A stretch of 63,925 bases of DNA, the filler included, from Trichomonas gallinae (Eukaryota), in assembly GCA_008369845.1 (NCBI GenBank). It is 8 parts of 8 records of this genome, joined end to end, with 100 filler letters (N's around TTAATTAATTAA, not from the genome) between each part and the next. Parts side by side here need not be neighbours in the genome. Positions count along the whole stretch, not along the records: positions 33,054 to 37,202 come from MRSU01000557.1; positions 37,303 to 40,579 come from MRSU01000559.1; positions 40,680 to 42,915 come from MRSU01000561.1; positions 43,016 to 55,302 come from MRSU01000564.1; 4 more parts are not named here. The stretch is one strand, 5' to 3'. Below, one piece after another: positions 33,645 through 43,424 of this stretch. The position numbers and the translations under genes were made by a program. Under the pieces are notes generated by a model, which worked only from the letters and a program-made list of their open reading frames with translations, was not told the origin of the DNA and made no database searches. Positions within the stretch are counted from its first letter, which is position 1. The number at the start of each line of letters is the position of its first letter.

Positions 33645-34601
33645 ATGAACTTCGTTACACGTATTCCTGAAGTTGGAAATTATATTTTTGTCAGTGATTA
33701 CAATGCAGGAGTATTAAAGGGATGCTGGAAGGCCTTCAACAAGCTTACAAATGAATACGTTGCCATCAGAACAATCAAGAAACCAGATTTTTCAAATGCT
33801 AGAGACGACTACCAATTTGCTAATGAAATAAATCTACTTAAGGGTGCCTGCCATCCCCTAGTTAACAAGTTTATAGAGCTGATTGACTGTCCAAAAGAAT
33901 TTCATATTGTCATGGCAGATCCTAAAGGAATGCCTTTGTATGATTACATTAAGTCATCTGGTCCTATGGATGAAAAGAGAGCCCAAAATCTCATAAAGAA
34001 AGTCTTTATCATTACACAGTATCTAAAACCAAATTTAGGCCTTGAATACTGCTCTTTTAGTGCTGATTCAATATATGTTGACGAGAAGGGTCATTTGTCC
34101 ACTTATATTATGCATTTTAACGAAGAGGACAAAATTCCATCATTGTTGGCCTTCAATCCACCAGAAGTTATTACATCCCATGGCTACTCAACTAGTTCAG
34201 ATTCTTGGAGTATCAGCTCATTACTATATTTCGCATTAACTTCCAAGATTCCATTTTTAGCAAGTTCACCTGAAGAAACAATGAAGAAGATGCTCAATGA
34301 CCAGTTCATTATCAACGATAACATCTCAGAAAAAGCAAAGGATTTCATCCTCAATGGCTTAATCAAAAATCCGAATCTGAGAACTCAATACAAGTCAATC
34401 ATGTCAACAAAGTTCATGGAAGGAGTTCCATTTGAGATGATGGCTTCAAAACATATAACAGCTACTCAATCATATTCGCCAAAATCGAATCCTTTATCTG
34501 CAGCTTTCGGTAAGAAGCAGTTGATCAGGATTTCATACAAGAGCTGCATCCCAGAGATTAGAAAAGGATATCGCTCAAGAGCTGGAACCACATTTTGGTA
34601 A
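33645..34601 (+). CDS. CAMK-group protein kinase-like protein, predicted pseudokinase
   Basis: VAIRTI, NEINLLK..CHP, AFNPPEV, DSWS and KIPF subdomains are present; the G-loop, HRD and DFG are missing. ATG 33645 follows Inr TCATTT; the track start is a TTG. Confidence 0.8.
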   Translation: MNFVTRIPEVGNYIFVSDYNAGVLKGCWKAFNKLTNEYVAIRTIKKPDFSNARDDYQFANEINLLKGACHPLVNKFIELIDCPKEFHIVMADPKGMPLYDYIKSSGPMDEKRAQNLIKKVFIITQYLKPNLGLEYCSFSADSIYVDEKGHLSTYIMHFNEEDKIPSLLAFNPPEVITSHGYSTSSDSWSISSLLYFALTSKIPFLASSPEETMKKMLNDQFIINDNISEKAKDFILNGLIKNPNLRTQYKSIMSTKFMEGVPFEMMASKHITATQSYSPKSNPLSAAFGKKQLIRISYKSCIPEIRKGYRSRAGTTFW

Positions 34602-34840
34602 TTTTCTCGCTTATTTTATTTTGTTTAGTAATAAATTGTTGTTTATTTGTTCTTTGTTTGAAATAACGCTTATTTTTCAATAATATATTAATTTACTATG
34701 TTAAAATATTAATGTTGTGCATGATATATTTTTTAATTATATGTAAACTAGTTTTGGTTATTGGTTTTTGAGGTATAGATAGGTTGTTGGTGAAAGAAAC
34801 AAATTACATGTTTAATATTACACACCGATGAATTAATAAA

Positions 34841-36148
34841 TTAGAAATAAGCTTCACCAGCATAATCCGCAATAAAGCTCTTCGTATTAAAGTAGAGAAT
34901 TGTTCCTGATATGAAAACGCAAATTAAAACTTCGAAAATGGAGATAATCGATAAAAATGGCTTCTTGAATTTGTACATCGAAAGATAGAAGACAGATGGA
35001 AGAACGAAAGCTAAAATAATGAATGAGAAACTTCCAATTAAATTGAGTAACTCGGTCAATTTCCAGCCAGAATAAGTAATAAAAATCGTCAATAACCAAA
35101 TTACCATTCCTGACGTTACTCTTGCGGCTTTATGACTCTCTGAGTATGGGAAGATGAGATCTGATAAAGCAATGGCTGTAATATAAATAAACATATTATT
35201 TGATAAACTTGTCTTAATTAAGCAGCAAAACTTGCCCATTATAACTGCTGGGTGGTTCTGATTGCTGTCGCTGTAGAAAATCAAGTCATCGACTGTATTT
35301 GAAAAATAAGTTAAATATCCTAAATAACCGCCAGCAAGGTTGATGACCATCGATGATAAAGATGTAATCCATGTTATCTTGAGAATCTTGCTCCTTGTAA
35401 CATTCCTGACGTCTTTAGAAACCATAGAAACGAAAGGTGCAACAAAGAAAACTATATTGAACAAATCGAAGCATTCAATAGTCTGAGAAATGTCTTTGCT
35501 CCAGTATACTATCTCTTTTTGTGGATCAAAACCATTCGTTTTGTATGAATGAATAAATAACCAAATTTGTGCGACAAGACACATCAAAAGTAAGAAATTT
35601 CCAACATATGAAGCATATTTCATTGTAGAAAACCTGTCATGGAACAAAGAAGGGAAAACATAACAAAAAGTTAATACGAATTTAGAGAAGTATTTGCTAC
35701 TGAACACTGTGGATGTTTTTGGATCAATGTATTTGATGAAATCATCGTATTCGGTAAGGAAATCATTAGTTGCGACTGATGATAATGATATGAAAGCGAC
35801 AAGTAGGAGCAATCTTGGTAAAATCACTAGCTTTTTGCCGAATACATCACTCCAAATGGAAACATATGAGTTATCGCTGTTATATGACCATGTTTTGATG
35901 AAAATGTGGAAAGAAACTTGTGTTAATATAAGAGCAGCTGCGCATAACACTAATGCCTGTATTACTCCTGTCTGAAATGAATAGCTTAAGAAGAAAGGAT
36001 CGTTCGAAATTCCGCAATTCAACAAAACCATAACTGTTGAAAACACAGAGATAGGATTAGTCTGCTTGTCTTGATATATCAAGGCATGATAGTTGATATC
36101 ATTGATGTTATACTTGTAATCTTCAAACAGCAAATCACCTCCAATCAT
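34841..36148 (-). CDS. Amino acid/auxin permease (AAAP, Aa_trans) family transporter
   Basis: About 11 TM helices; SVFSTVMVLLNCGI...PFFLSYSF..G, GGYLGYLTYF, LIGSF...LAFVLPSVFYL. Confidence 0.85.
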   Translation of the reverse strand: MIGGDLLFEDYKYNINDINYHALIYQDKQTNPISVFSTVMVLLNCGISNDPFFLSYSFQTGVIQALVLCAAALILTQVSFHIFIKTWSYNSDNSYVSIWSDVFGKKLVILPRLLLLVAFISLSSVATNDFLTEYDDFIKYIDPKTSTVFSSKYFSKFVLTFCYVFPSLFHDRFSTMKYASYVGNFLLLMCLVAQIWLFIHSYKTNGFDPQKEIVYWSKDISQTIECFDLFNIVFFVAPFVSMVSKDVRNVTRSKILKITWITSLSSMVINLAGGYLGYLTYFSNTVDDLIFYSDSNQNHPAVIMGKFCCLIKTSLSNNMFIYITAIALSDLIFPYSESHKAARVTSGMVIWLLTIFITYSGWKLTELLNLIGSFSFIILAFVLPSVFYLSMYKFKKPFLSIISIFEVLICVFISGTILYFNTKSFIADYAGEAYF

Positions 36149-37022
36149 TTTTTTGTTCGCAACTGCTATTTTTCAAACAGAGACTTAAAAATTTGGCTAT
36201 GTATTGATATTTATAGCTTATTATCATTGAAAGGAACTGCTACAGTCTCAATTTTTTAAATTGTTGAAGTAAACTTTTTTCTTTTCAAAATATTGAAACA
36301 TAATTCAAAAAATTTGAAAACAGAGAAAATTAAAAAAACAGTGATTTCATATATATATTAGTCATGAGAAATCTAACAACTCGAGTAATTATAAACGAAC
36401 TGTTGCGAATGAAAAAAAAATATGAAACCTCATCGGATATTATAAAGAAATAAAACAATGGATAAAAAAAATCGTTATCATGGATGGCTTTACTGAAAAA
36501 AGTTAAAATTCCGTCCAACTTAGAAAATTTCTCTCTGTTATTGTGTACAGATCAAAATTATAGGAAGAGTTGAAAATAGGAGTAAAATTTTATTCTCAGA
36601 AAAAATTTTCAATTGAAATTTTAACCATATTTAATTCGATAGCTTTTATGATTCCTTACATAATTTTCCTGTAACAATTTTTTGAATTTACGGGAAAAAA
36701 TTTTCTTGATTTCTCGATAAATCGGATCGAAAAACAAATAGCAATCTATTATAATTAAAATTATCCAATTTAAATTTTTCACAGTTATGAATTTTTTTCT
36801 TGATTGTTTGGATGCTTAGGATGTCATATGCAGTATTGGAACTGTAAATTGCCAAGTTTTCAATGAAATTTTGATTTTCCCATGGGCGAATCATTATTTT
36901 TATATGATTGAGGAATAAAATCATGATAATCATTTGTTGACAAGGACAAATCATGAAAAACTAGAGGAATTTACATGCTTACAAATCAATTAATTTTTCG
37001 CATATAAATTATTTATCAGCCC

Positions 37023-37202
37023 TCATGACGATAATGCTGAAGCCTGAGACAAACCTGTATTGTAATTACTGTCTTTTGCGCTGACTTCTATTACAGGAAT
37101 TGTGAGAAGGAGTTTGACAGCTTCATGATGCCCAAACATAAATCAAAGCCGTTTTTTTTTTTTTTTTTTTTTTTTTTTGCCTGTGAAGTCGATATTCAAA
37201 TC
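37023..37202 (-). pseudogene. Ankyrin-repeat gene remnant interrupted by an A27 run and frameshifts
   Basis: The minus strand reads DLNIDFTG-(A27)-TALIY / MFGHHEAVKLLLTIPVIEVSAKDSNYNTGL, which fits the ankyrin consensus. Confidence 0.6.
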
Positions 37203-37302
37203 NNNNNNNNNNNNNNNNNNNNNNNNNNNNNNNNNNNNNNNNNNNNTTAATTAATTAANNNNNNNNNNNNNNNNNNNNNNNNNNNNNNNNNNNNNNNNNN
37301 NN

Positions 37303-37868
37303 AATAAATGCCAAATATGATTCATCTTATACCAGTATTTGCCATAAAATTGATGAAAACTCAACAAAATATGAAAAATTGAATATGCTACTTAAAGCTT
37401 TATGAGATGTATTGAAATTTTAATTTAAAAAATTCTGGCGGAAATGGCGGATTGAGGGACGCGTGATATAGGTCCCTGAGGACAAATGATGCACATTGAC
37501 ACCATCTTTCCGTATGGCGAAAACGAAATTCAAGGATTTGGCGATTTGGCGGAGAGATTGAACATTCTAATGCATAGATTTAACAAACACTGATGATTCC
37601 AATACCAAGTGTAGTGTTTAAAATGAGTGAATTTAAAAATTGGTAATTTGGCGAAAATGAATCTTTATTTTATTTCATTTCAGGCATAATATATGATTTA
37701 TATATAACGAATTATATCTTATTGCAAGCAATGAATCCTATATTTAGATTTGAAGTCATTTACAGGGGGTGTTACTTTACCCCTAATAACCTTATGGCGG
37801 AATGAAAAAATCATGCATTTTTTTTGCTAGTGTATTGGCGGAAAAAATCCGCCATGGCACGAGCCTTG
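37303..37868. mobile_element. Putative terminus of a hAT-like DNA transposon
   Basis: The reverse complement of the end reads CAAGGCTCGTGCCATGGCGGATTTTTTCCGCCAA. At least 8 subterminal TGGCG(G/A) repeats lie between 37436 and 37855. The other end is lost at the gap. Confidence 0.5.
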
Positions 37869-38142
37869 TTCAGTGACCAGTCAACAATTCAGAAGTAGTA
37901 TTAATGCTTCTTATTGGTCGAAATCGATTTCAAAAATAAATTGCAATTGAGTAGAATAATAGATGTTCGCTGGAAACACCCCAGAAGTTCTATGCAACGA
38001 GGTAAATACATAGAAAGTTGCTTATTGATTAGTTATTTATCAATTTGATTTTGTTTATTCATTATGGAATAATTTTGATGAATAAAATGGTTTTTATGTA
38101 TGTTTATGTGTTTGTTTTTGGATTAATTATGGCCAAAAAGCT

Positions 38143-38185
38143 TGTCACTTTTATTCGTCACATTTCGGCGGCTCTGTCACGTTTC
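38143..38185 (+). promoter_or_regulatory. M2-like (AAAGTGAC, reverse GTCACTTT) promoter motif cluster upstream of RPS21
   Basis: GTCACTTTT, GTCACATTT and GTCACGTTT within about 70 bp of the ATG. AAAGTGAC is a described T. vaginalis upstream motif. Confidence 0.5.
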
Positions 38186-38211
38186 TGGTTTGGTCAAGCA
38201 CTTTCTTATCT

Positions 38212-38481
38212 ATGCAGAACGACGCTGGCGAGATTGTTGATATGCTTATCCCACGCAAGTGCATGGCTACAGACCGCCTTATTCCACCACACGACCACGC
38301 CTCCGTCCAGTTCCAGATCGCTAAGGTCAATGAGGAGGGTATCCCAACAGGCGAATTCGAGACAATCGTTTTCTCTGGCTACCTCCGTGCTCTCGGTGAA
38401 GCCGACTACGCTCTCAACCGTATTGCCACAGAGAAGGGCCTTCTTACAGGTGTTTATCGCACAGAGCAGCACAAGCAGTAA
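38212..38481 (+). CDS. RPS21: 40S ribosomal protein eS21
   Basis: MQNDAGEIVDMLIPRKCMATDRLI...DHASVQ...GYLRALGEAD; strongly biased codon usage typical of highly expressed genes. Confidence 0.97.
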   Translation: MQNDAGEIVDMLIPRKCMATDRLIPPHDHASVQFQIAKVNEEGIPTGEFETIVFSGYLRALGEADYALNRIATEKGLLTGVYRTEQHKQ

Positions 38482-38992
38482 AACTATTATTTAATCCTGC
38501 GATGATTGCTTGCTAATTATATACGTCCTCATATACTTAAACATATTCTTAGATAAAACTCTTAATTTCTCAATATTTTTTAAAATATTAAAACTTACAT
38601 CCAAAATTAGCTTCACACATGACAATATATTATCACATAGTAACTTAAATCCAATGCCTCTCTCTTATCATTTGGTTTTCATATATTTTTACTTATTTCT
38701 TTAATGATATATAGCAAAACTATTCACAGAAATAGAACAATTATCATCTATATTATTAATATACTTATTATATAATAAATATTTCATTGATTCATATTTG
38801 AACATAATATTGAGATTGAAATTCGATTAATAATGTTGATTTTTAAGAATTTTAGCTCTTATTTTCTATATTTCATTATAATTTATAAAAAATTAGATTT
38901 GATATAAAAAATACCAGCGACAATAGATGTCCATCACAACGATTAATAGAAGTAAAGAGGATTTTAATTGCATATGTCAAAAGAAATCTGAA

Positions 38993-39892
38993 TCATATTT
39001 TAGCCTTTTGTTCATTTTCGTGAACTACATCCCAAACGTCTTGCTCTGTTCCTGAGAATGGACCTGAACCTGTTAACTTGATGGTGGACATAGCAGCTGC
39101 GAACTTGGCTGCTGTCTCAAAATCAGCGCCTTTGTTTCTTTGATACAAATATCCAAGAACGTATGTGTCACCGCATCCTGTAGCATCGACTAATTTCTTT
39201 GGTGGGTAAGCTGGAATCTTGTAGAGCTTTCCTCTGGCGTAAACCATTGATCCGTAGCTGCCTAATGTCAAAAGAACTTCCCTGACACCCCATTCGCCTA
39301 ATTTCTTGGCGGCTTCTTCCCAGTTATCAAGTCCTGTGAGAACATGTGCCTCGATTTCATTGACTTTCAATACATCAATGTACTTAAAAGCTTCCATCTT
39401 GTCTGACCAATCAACTGGGACGACTTTTGTGCCCCTCACCTCACGGAGGTAGCCTTGTGCATCGACACTGAGTCTGCCCTTTGTGGAAAGATACTTAATG
39501 ACCTCGAATGGGAAGTCATCAGCCAAAAGACTGCCAAGATGATAAACATTAGCATCGACATTGATTAAGTCTTCTGTCTTGAATGGATCTGCTTTGGCTA
39601 AAACGTTCTGTGTGCGGTCGTTCGAATTTTCTCCATAAATATTTTCGAAGTAAACTGTTTTTTGGCTTGGAATGACTTTGACTTGAATTCCCTGTGCGCG
39701 CATATCTTCAACAGATTTATATTCTGATGGGGCAAGGCTTGTAATAAGCTCGTAATTCTCAGCATTACACAAATGCTTCATGCCATAGGAAAAATAGAAA
39801 GATGTACCACCTGGAAGATAGGCTGTGTGCTTGGGAGTGACAATCTTGTCGAGTGTAATGTGTCCTATGCAGCAAATCTTACCTGTTTGCAT
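38993..39892 (-). CDS. PfkB/ribokinase-family carbohydrate kinase, bacterial-like (lateral transfer candidate)
   Basis: CIGHITLD, PGGT, VDAQG, LKVNEIE, LTLGSYGS and the PfkB signature VDATGCGDTY. Confidence 0.92.
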   Translation of the reverse strand: MQTGKICCIGHITLDKIVTPKHTAYLPGGTSFYFSYGMKHLCNAENYELITSLAPSEYKSVEDMRAQGIQVKVIPSQKTVYFENIYGENSNDRTQNVLAKADPFKTEDLINVDANVYHLGSLLADDFPFEVIKYLSTKGRLSVDAQGYLREVRGTKVVPVDWSDKMEAFKYIDVLKVNEIEAHVLTGLDNWEEAAKKLGEWGVREVLLTLGSYGSMVYARGKLYKIPAYPPKKLVDATGCGDTYVLGYLYQRNKGADFETAAKFAAAMSTIKLTGSGPFSGTEQDVWDVVHENEQKAKI

Positions 39893-40679
39893 AATTATGA
39901 AAAAAATTGTTATCGTTAAAAAAATATAATGTTTTTAAAATTAAAGCCAATATGATTTCGGGATGATAGGCCCGCTATTGACCCATTATGATAATTTTCA
40001 GAAGACTCATAGAAAAATTTCTCGCACTTCATTCAAACTTTTGAGATTGTCAGAAAAAATTTAGTTGTGAAATGGTCAAAGGTTTTCCCATACTTTTTAA
40101 ATCAGTAATCAAAAATATTGCATTTTAGATAAATTTTGAAAATTTTGGTTATGTCATGTTTGTGTTTATTTGTCAAAATATTGATCAATATTAATTTTTT
40201 GTTTTGATTGTAACCTTCTTTTTTGTATCATATGGTATATCCAAATTCAAAATTTATGGTGTCAAATAGCTATGTCTAGAGTTTTTATTTTTGCAGAAAT
40301 TCATATTAGTATTAATATAGAATAAGCATCATTTATTTTAACTAAAAAATGAATTTTTAGCCTTGACATGGACAATTATATCAAATTTGAATTGTCCTGG
40401 AGCAGAAGTAATTCTAAACATGACATTTTATGCTATGTATTGCTGCCTGATATATATCATAACTGGAGCACCATATATACACTTTTTGTGTTTTTCAACA
40501 ATATTCATCTATATTATTATTGTACTTTTCTAGGGGTTTTTACCTGAGGATGTAGTAAATATATATAGTTTCACTTTTCNNNNNNNNNNNNNNNNNNNNN
40601 NNNNNNNNNNNNNNNNNNNNNNNTTAATTAATTAANNNNNNNNNNNNNNNNNNNNNNNNNNNNNNNNNNNNNNNNNNNN

Positions 40680-42248
40680 TGAGAAGATCCGAAGACCTTT
40701 GGATGTTGGTGATAGAAAATGACTGCTGATGCTTCGAGCATTGCCTTGGAGATCCTTTCGGTGACTTTTCTGGCGATCTTCTTACCGAAGAGTCTCGAGA
40801 GTTCGTGTATTGTTGCTGTTGGGACATGTCCTAATGATGATACAACTATGGTGTGGAGCTGGACTTCTTTTCCTGAATATTTGCTCTCAATCATGGTGTT
40901 GTAAGGGGATGCGAACTCTACAATATGTGCTATGGCCGTGGTTTGGTCGATGAAGATCATGTCCGGATTCATCGCTTGGAGTTCAGGTGTCAGGTTTTCG
41001 AGTTCATCATCGTCAATTTCGTTTTCGTCCAGGATCCTCATGACGTCCATGTCGGCTGAGGAGTTCTCCGTGTAGTATTTTAGATGGTATTTGTTTGCTA
41101 TCTCCCTCCTGAGGGCTTCAGCTGCAAGGTTGTCTCGCCACATGTATTCTTGGAATTTGTTACGTATGCAAGAGTTGAGGATGTGATATAGCGTGCCAGC
41201 CTTGTCTTGATGTACTGGGCAGTTTCCATCTGCACGGAGGCCCAAAGCTTTGTAGTTTACTGAGGTGTTGAGGATGCTTGCTCTTGCTTTGACCATGAAA
41301 CGAAGGAGATTGTCGTTGATGTATTTTCCGCCTTTATGTGGTTGTGAATTTGAGTCAAGGTTTCCTGTTGTCGAGTGGAGGTGTTTGCATGCCTGGAAGG
41401 TTCTTTCGATTACAGAGTTTAGTTTCCTTTCCGGATGGCTTTCAATGAGAGTGCCGTTTTCGATCTTCCAGTTGAAAAACAGCGCTTGATCTGGATCGGT
41501 GAATGGTTGGATTCCTCTGTGCGCCATTTCTTCGATAAGGCTCATTCTGACCAGTGTTCTTATCTCTGATGAGCTGGAAACCCACATTCTGATTAGCTGA
41601 GTCATCTGTGACAGATAATATTTGACAACGAGTTTTGGAATTCCGAGTCCGCCTTATTTTGCTGGGAGATATCTGAATTCTTTTGGCAAGTTTGGGGTGT
41701 CGAGTTCGTCGATGATTCTTCTGTTGATGTATGAGTCTAGTTTATCAAGTTCTGTGACCGAAAATTGTCCATTGACCATGTGGTAGTCGAGGTGTGGGAG
41801 AATGTACGTGCGAAGCATTTCTATCTTCTGTGAGATCGAGAGTTTCGTGCCGAAGGTGATGGCTATTCTTGCTTTTACAGCTTCAATCGCTGCCTGGCAG
41901 CTTGCGATGCGGCTTCCTGAGATTGTTGCGCCGAGATATGTTAAGCTTGCGTTGACGTCTTTTATTGGAATTGCGCTTTGGTGATTGTTTCCAAATCTAA
42001 GCACTGGCTATAGCTATATAATTGATGATTCCGATGGAGTGGCACTTCTCGATGGTGAGGCTTAGACCATGCTGGGTGCAGAACGAGAACATGTTGTTGA
42101 GAAGCAGTTCCATCTTCTGTTTGTTCTGGGCAATGAGGACGACGTCGTCCGCGTATGCTTGAGCGAAAATGCATTGTGGATCTTCGTCTGTGAGATGAAA
42201 TTCGATGCCGCATGTGGTGCTTCTTCGTTCGGGTGCGTAGAGGAGAAT
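40680..42248 (-). mobile_element. Decayed, 5'-truncated non-LTR retrotransposon with restriction-like endonuclease (R2/NeSL/CRE-type)
   Basis: RT motif AQAYADDVVLIA and YLGATI; thumb region LPAK*GGLGIP (in-frame stop at 41654-41656); CCHC knuckle CPVH...TLYHILNSC; RLE WRDN...PDMIFID...IVEFASPY...IVVSSLG. Frameshift near 42000. Confidence 0.92.
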
Positions 42249-43015
42249 ACATACCTGGCCAAGCAATTTTAGTTGCCCTGGGATGGCACTTTACCTTAAT
42301 AAAAGTGACAACTTTGGCAAAGGTGACAAAATTTTTGACACGCATATTTTTATGTGGCAGAGTGTCAAAATAATTACTTTTGATTATTATTAACACAACA
42401 GTCTAGTTGTTGATAAATAAAGTCCTTTATTATAATTTCGGGTTCACTTGTATAAGGAACTCAATCTCACATATTCATAATGAGTATGTTGTTGTCATCT
42501 AGGCTACAAGATGTTCTACGTTATTTGTATGTCAAATTCTTTAAAGAAAAGAATTTCAATTAAGTCTAAATTTTGTTGTATAAGCATCATCACACTGCAA
42601 TATTGTTGTTTATTCTCGTTAAATAGTGACTCTGGCTGAATACGGTGCGCTCTCGAGCAGAGTTGAGCTTTGTCAATCACGCGTCGCTTTTCGATTGTTC
42701 ATCTGTACATCCTCTATTGAGGTGTAGCGCGAATTTGTAGTGTCGTGGTTACGAACTCTCTTATCTTGATTCCGATGTACAGCGTCGCGAGATCTAGGAA
42801 TTCTCTGCTATTTGGAACATCTGGGCTCAACGCAAAGTTTCTTTCGGTGTTCTTCCGTGAGCTTGGGGATCCCGAGATTCCTGTCTTCGTCAGTTGCGTG
42901 TTGTTGGCATTTCTCNNNNNNNNNNNNNNNNNNNNNNNNNNNNNNNNNNNNNNNNNNNNTTAATTAATTAANNNNNNNNNNNNNNNNNNNNNNNNNNNNN
43001 NNNNNNNNNNNNNNN

Positions 43016-43093
43016 ATTGACTTAAATCCTTCAAAAATGAGGTCATAGAGGCATTTGCAAATTTTGGCAAATAACCCCCATACATATACTACT
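43016..43093. mobile_element. Possible Maverick/Polinton terminal inverted repeat end
   Basis: At a contig start; the reverse complement begins AGTAGTATATGTATGGGGGTTATTTGCCAAAATTTGC. AGT-repeat termini are typical of Polintons. Confidence 0.3.
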
Positions 43094-43424
43094 ATCAGAC
43101 TATTGTTTTTGGTTGGTGCTTATCTATTGATATCCCATCTAATAGACTTGTATAGGATGTGTTGATATAATAAACACGTAAAAAGACCGATAAATCAATG
43201 AAACAAGTTCAAAAAATTGAGTTTTTACATTTTTAATTCGAAATTTAAAAATAGTTAATGTTTCTTTATTTAAATTTAAAATGTCGAAAATTTGTAAATG
43301 ATTTGTCACTTTTTGATTTTTTGAAAATAAAATAAATATAAAATAATGATAATTCAGTTACAATAAAAATTAACATAAAAATAATTTTTTCACTTTTTTA
43401 TTCTTGAAAATAAAAATAAAAAAA

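Noticed and set aside
36480..36560. LKKVKIPSNLENFS fragment resembling a BspA/TpLRR repeat
   Set aside because: A single short match with no further repeats; insufficient support.
42263..42290. Minus-strand GTGCC...ACTAAAATTG resembling the U6 5' region, and GGGCAAC...GGTATG resembling tRNA-Pro
   Set aside because: There is no ACAGAG box or AGC triad for U6 and no cloverleaf for a tRNA.
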